A model generated the notes under the pieces. That model did no database searches, was not told the DNA's origin, and worked only from the letters and a program-made list of their open reading frames with translations. DNA of 59,504 nucleotides, counting the filler. It is 3 parts of 3 records of this genome, joined end to end, with 100 filler letters (N's around TTAATTAATTAA, not from the genome) between each part and the next. Parts side by side here need not be neighbours in the genome. Positions count along the whole stretch, not along the records: positions 50,179 to 59,504 come from SRR2962707_3238; 2 more parts are not named here. One strand, given 5' to 3'. Positions 56,004 to 59,504 of the stretch are shown here, piece after piece. The translations under genes were made by a program, and so were the position numbers. Every line of letters begins with the position of its first letter. Position 1 is the stretch's first letter.

Positions 56004-57275
56004 ATGTCAGATCCGCTCAGCACCCGCATTGCCGATAAACGCGACGACCTGATCGCCCTGACCCAGGATCTGATCCGCATCCCCACGCTGAACCCGCCGG
56101 GTGCACATTACGAAACCATCTGCGCCTACCTGAAACAACGCCTCGCGCCGCGTTTTGACTGCACACTGGTGCGGGCGCATGGCTCCCCCGGTGACAGCGA
56201 CCGTTATCCGCGCTGGAACATCGTGGCCCGCGCCCAGGGCACCCGCCCCGGCCCCTGCGTCCATTTCAATTCGCACACCGATGTGGTCGAGGTCGGCCAA
56301 GGCTGGACCCGCGACCCCTTTGGCGGCGAACTGGACGATGACAAGATCTACGGTCGCGGTGCCTGTGACATGAAGGGCGGCCTTGCCGCATCGATCATCG
56401 CCGTCGAATCGTTTCTGGAACAGCACCCCGATTTTGCCGGGGCTATTGAAATTTCGGGCACAGCGGATGAGGAATCTGGCGGCTACGGCGGCGTGGCCTA
56501 TCTTGCGCAACAGGGCTGGTTCAACCCGGACCGGGTGCAACACGTGATCATCCCCGAACCCCTGAACAAGGACCGCATCTGCCTTGGCCATCGCGGCGGC
56601 TGGTGGGCCGAGATTGAGACAAAGGGCGAAATCGCCCACGGCTCCATGCCCTTTCTTGGGGATTGCGCCGTGCGCCACATGGGCGCGGTCCTGCAAGCGT
56701 TCGAAGATACGCTTTACCCTGCCATGGCCGCGCGCCACACCGACATGCCCGTGGTGCCCGAAGGCGCGCGCCAATCGACCATGAACATCAACGCCATTCA
56801 TGGCGGTCAGCCTGAAAATCCGCCAGATTTCGACGGCCTGCCCGCACACTGCGTGCCCGACAGCTGCCGTATCACCATCGACCGCCGCTTTCTGGTCGAA
56901 GAACCGGTTGATCAGGTGTCGTCCGAGGTGATTGCCCTTCTCGACGATATCAAATCCCGGCGCGCCAATTTCGACTATACCATCACCGAATTGAACCGCG
57001 TGCTCCCCTCGATGACAGACCGCGACGCACCCATTGTCACCGCCGTCACCCAGGCGATCCGCGACACCCTGGGGGCCGAACCAACCTATGTCGCCTCGCC
57101 CGGGTCCTACGATCAGAAACACATCGACCGCATCGGTAAGCTGAAAAACTGCATCGCCTATGGCCCAGGCGTGCTGGAGCTGGCGCATAAACCCGACGAA
57201 TGGATCGGCGTCACGGACATGCTGGACAGCGCGCGTGTCATGGGCAGAACGCTGGAATCACTCCTCCTGCCCTGA
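56004..57275 (+). CDS. M20 family deacylase (ArgE/DapE-like)
   Basis: FNSHTDVV, GRGACDMKGG, DEESGG, AHKPDE. Confidence 0.92.
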   Translation: MSDPLSTRIADKRDDLIALTQDLIRIPTLNPPGAHYETICAYLKQRLAPRFDCTLVRAHGSPGDSDRYPRWNIVARAQGTRPGPCVHFNSHTDVVEVGQGWTRDPFGGELDDDKIYGRGACDMKGGLAASIIAVESFLEQHPDFAGAIEISGTADEESGGYGGVAYLAQQGWFNPDRVQHVIIPEPLNKDRICLGHRGGWWAEIETKGEIAHGSMPFLGDCAVRHMGAVLQAFEDTLYPAMAARHTDMPVVPEGARQSTMNINAIHGGQPENPPDFDGLPAHCVPDSCRITIDRRFLVEEPVDQVSSEVIALLDDIKSRRANFDYTITELNRVLPSMTDRDAPIVTAVTQAIRDTLGAEPTYVASPGSYDQKHIDRIGKLKNCIAYGPGVLELAHKPDEWIGVTDMLDSARVMGRTLESLLLP

Positions 57276-57492
57276 CCCGGCCCCAATGAGCGTATTCGCA
57301 TAAAAATGAGGCGCAGGACCTGCGACCCCTCTTGCAGCGGTGCGGCCATGCGGGCGGCTCCACCCATCGCGGGATCTCATACGTTCCATATCAATCCCGC
57401 TTCACTGGCGCAGGCCGCTTGAACGCCACGCGATTTCATCCGAAACTCATTCAAGTCCCGGCGCCACCGCGCCCCTGCAGGAGTTGACGCCC

Positions 57493-58989
57493 ATGAACCG
57501 CCGCACCTTTACCACCGCGCTTGGCCTGACCAGCGCCACCGCGCTTGCCCTCGCCCTTGCCACCACCGCCCATGCCCAGCAGACGGATCTGACCATCGCT
57601 CTGCAACTGGAACCACCCCACCTTGACCCGACCAGCGCCGCCGCCGGGGCCATCGATTCGGTCTTATATGCCAATGTGTTCCAGGGGCTGACCCGTTTCG
57701 CCCCTGACGGCAGCGTCATTCCCGCACTGGCCGCCAGCTGGGACATCAGCGCCGATGGCCTGACCTACACATTCTACCTGCAGCCCGGCGTCACCTTCCA
57801 TGACGGCACCACCATGGACGCGCAGGATGTGAAATTCACCCTCGACCGCGCCCGCGCGGATGACAGCGTGAATGCGCAAAAGGCGCTCTTTGCCGATATC
57901 GCTGATGTCACCGTAACCGACCCCATGACCGTCACCATGACCCTTTCACAGCCGAACGGTGCGCTGCTGTTTAACCTTGCCTGGGGGGATGCGGTGATTG
58001 TCGCCCCCGAAAGCATCGAAAACATCAAAACCGCGCCCATCGGCACCGGCCCTTTTCAGTTCGACACCTGGCGGCAGGGCGACCAGATCACCCTGACAGC
58101 CTATCCCGGCTACTGGGGCGACAAACCCGCGCTGACCGAAGCAACGTTCAAATTCATATCGGACCCCACTGCCGCCTTTGCCGCCATGATGGCACAGGAT
58201 ATTGACGCTTTTGCCAGCTTTCCCGCCCCCGAAAACCTGCCGCAATTCGCGGCTGATCCACGGTTTCAGGTGCTTGTCGGGTCAACCGAGGGCGAAACAA
58301 TCCTCGCCATGAACAACAAACAGCCGCCCTTTGATGATGTCCGCGTGCGCGAGGCCGTTTCCCACGCCATCAACCGGCAGGACGTGATCGACGGCGCGAT
58401 GTTCGGCCTTGGCACCCCCATCGGCACACACTTTGCGCCACACAATCCCGATTACGTCGATCTAACCGCGCAGTCCGCCTATGATCCCGAACTGTCCCTG
58501 CGCCTGCTTGCCGACGCGGGCCTGCCGGACGGCTTCACAACCACACTGAAACTACCGCCGCCGTCCTACGCCCGGCGTGGTGGCGAAATCATCGCCGCCC
58601 AACTGCGTGCCGTCGGCATCGAAACCGAAATCACCAACCTCGAATGGGCCCAGTGGCTTGAGGAAGTGTTTCGTGGCCATGACTTTGGCCTGACCATCGT
58701 CAGCCACACGGAACCGATGGACATCAACATCTATGCCCGCCCCGATTACTATTTCCAGTATGACAATCCGGCATTCCAGGATCTGATGACAACGCTGGAC
58801 GCCACCACCGATGCGGCAACGCGTTCGGATCTGCTGCACACCGCACAGACCATGATCGCCGACGATTATGTGAACGGCTATCTCTTTCAACTGGCCTATC
58901 CCACCGTTGCCGATGCGCGCCTGCGGGGCCTTTGGCTGAACCAGCCAACACAGGCCACCGATCTTACTGGGGTCAGCTGGGCGGAATGA
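57493..58989 (+). CDS. peptide/nickel ABC transporter substrate-binding protein (family 5)
   Basis: MNRRTF Tat-like signal, LAASWDIS.DGLTYTF.L..GV.FHDG, PIGTGPF, VREAVSHAINR. Confidence 0.93.
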   Translation: MNRRTFTTALGLTSATALALALATTAHAQQTDLTIALQLEPPHLDPTSAAAGAIDSVLYANVFQGLTRFAPDGSVIPALAASWDISADGLTYTFYLQPGVTFHDGTTMDAQDVKFTLDRARADDSVNAQKALFADIADVTVTDPMTVTMTLSQPNGALLFNLAWGDAVIVAPESIENIKTAPIGTGPFQFDTWRQGDQITLTAYPGYWGDKPALTEATFKFISDPTAAFAAMMAQDIDAFASFPAPENLPQFAADPRFQVLVGSTEGETILAMNNKQPPFDDVRVREAVSHAINRQDVIDGAMFGLGTPIGTHFAPHNPDYVDLTAQSAYDPELSLRLLADAGLPDGFTTTLKLPPPSYARRGGEIIAAQLRAVGIETEITNLEWAQWLEEVFRGHDFGLTIVSHTEPMDINIYARPDYYFQYDNPAFQDLMTTLDATTDAATRSDLLHTAQTMIADDYVNGYLFQLAYPTVADARLRGLWLNQPTQATDLTGVSWAE

Positions 58990-59504
58990 TTCCCCGGGGG
59001 CGCGGCACCGCAGCGCCCCCCGAACCCAATGAGCCGGAGCGTGCAGCTCCGGCCCTGTCGGCGTGAATAAAGGTCCGGACTCCTCTTCCATTCCTTCTCA
59101 CACGCCGAAACTTTACCCGGTTCCAAAAAACCGGGCCGTACCGGCCGTCGTGGCAAACTGTGCCTTGCACCGTTTCATCCTGCCAACCGGACCCAGCCGC
59201 GCGCGCAACGACATCCACAACGGGTGGCTGTCGGGCCCAGCGGGCAAGTTTACATTTCGTTCATAATTTGGTCATGCGGATGGCAGTCTGTCAAAATAAA
59301 ACGCACCCTTGGGCATATTAATTTTGTCACCCTAGGTAATGCTTGCGCTAACGGACAAGCAGATTGGTCAAATACCCCACTTTTCGGCGTATAGTGCGAA
59401 TCTCGGGTAACATTGCACCCCGCGCACTGACCCTTTGCGAGGCCGACCGACGCCCCGGGCCGTTGATCGTTAGTCATACGCCCAGCCATACGTTTTCCAT
59501 ACGC

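Noticed and set aside
58990-59504. Short ORFs and hairpins after the ABC binding protein
   Set aside because: No convincing coding signal or recognisable RNA motif; treated as intergenic.

Overview
The window is three contigs joined by two artificial 100-nt spacers (N44-TTAATTAATTAA-N44 at 19077-19176 and 50079-50178), so adjacency across the spacers has no biological meaning. Contig 1 (1-19076) is Rhodobacteraceae-type chromosome: glyQ 5' part, SPOR/peptidoglycan-binding serine protease, ppk1, hda, AI-2E transporter, proS, PiT, Nudix, DUF2125, SDR, enoyl-CoA hydratase, ppx, EEP nuclease, djlA, GNAT and VOC. It breaks inside the 3' end of a tRNA, probably tRNA-His. Contig 3 (50179-59504) is visibly more GC-rich Rhodobacteraceae-type chromosome: clpA 3' part, MotA/MotB-like pair, chaC, DUF2125, M20 deacylase and a peptide ABC binding protein. 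Contig 2 (19177-50078, about 31 kb) is an alphaproteobacterial plasmid or plasmid fragment and holds nearly all the interesting signal. Replication and maintenance: an RPA-family replicase with iterons on both sides and paired DnaA boxes, a type Ib parA/RHH locus with 11 palindromic 13-mers at 25-bp period, and a dif-like Xer site with an adjacent IHF box. Transfer: a MOB-P oriT (CATATCCTG|C), a mobC-relaxase-hypothetical-topoisomerase III-VirB8/DotI-like operon, a lytic transglycosylase and a secreted-nuclease operon. Toxin-antitoxin-type modules: an AbiF HEPN gene with a structured upstream RNA, a RelE/XRE pair, and hipBA whose HipA has an extra C-terminal domain ending in a T4SS-like basic tail. 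There is also a phage-like module (probably non-cleavable CI, Cro-like HTHs, Toprim primase, HTH-DnaA_N initiator with internal iterons) and an HD hydrolase plus divergent MT-A70 pair. The best candidates for undescribed biology are the HipA with a putative conjugative secretion signal, and the phage-type second replicon tied to a plasmid regulator by a shared 16-bp operator. All family assignments come from reading motifs by eye; no searches were run.
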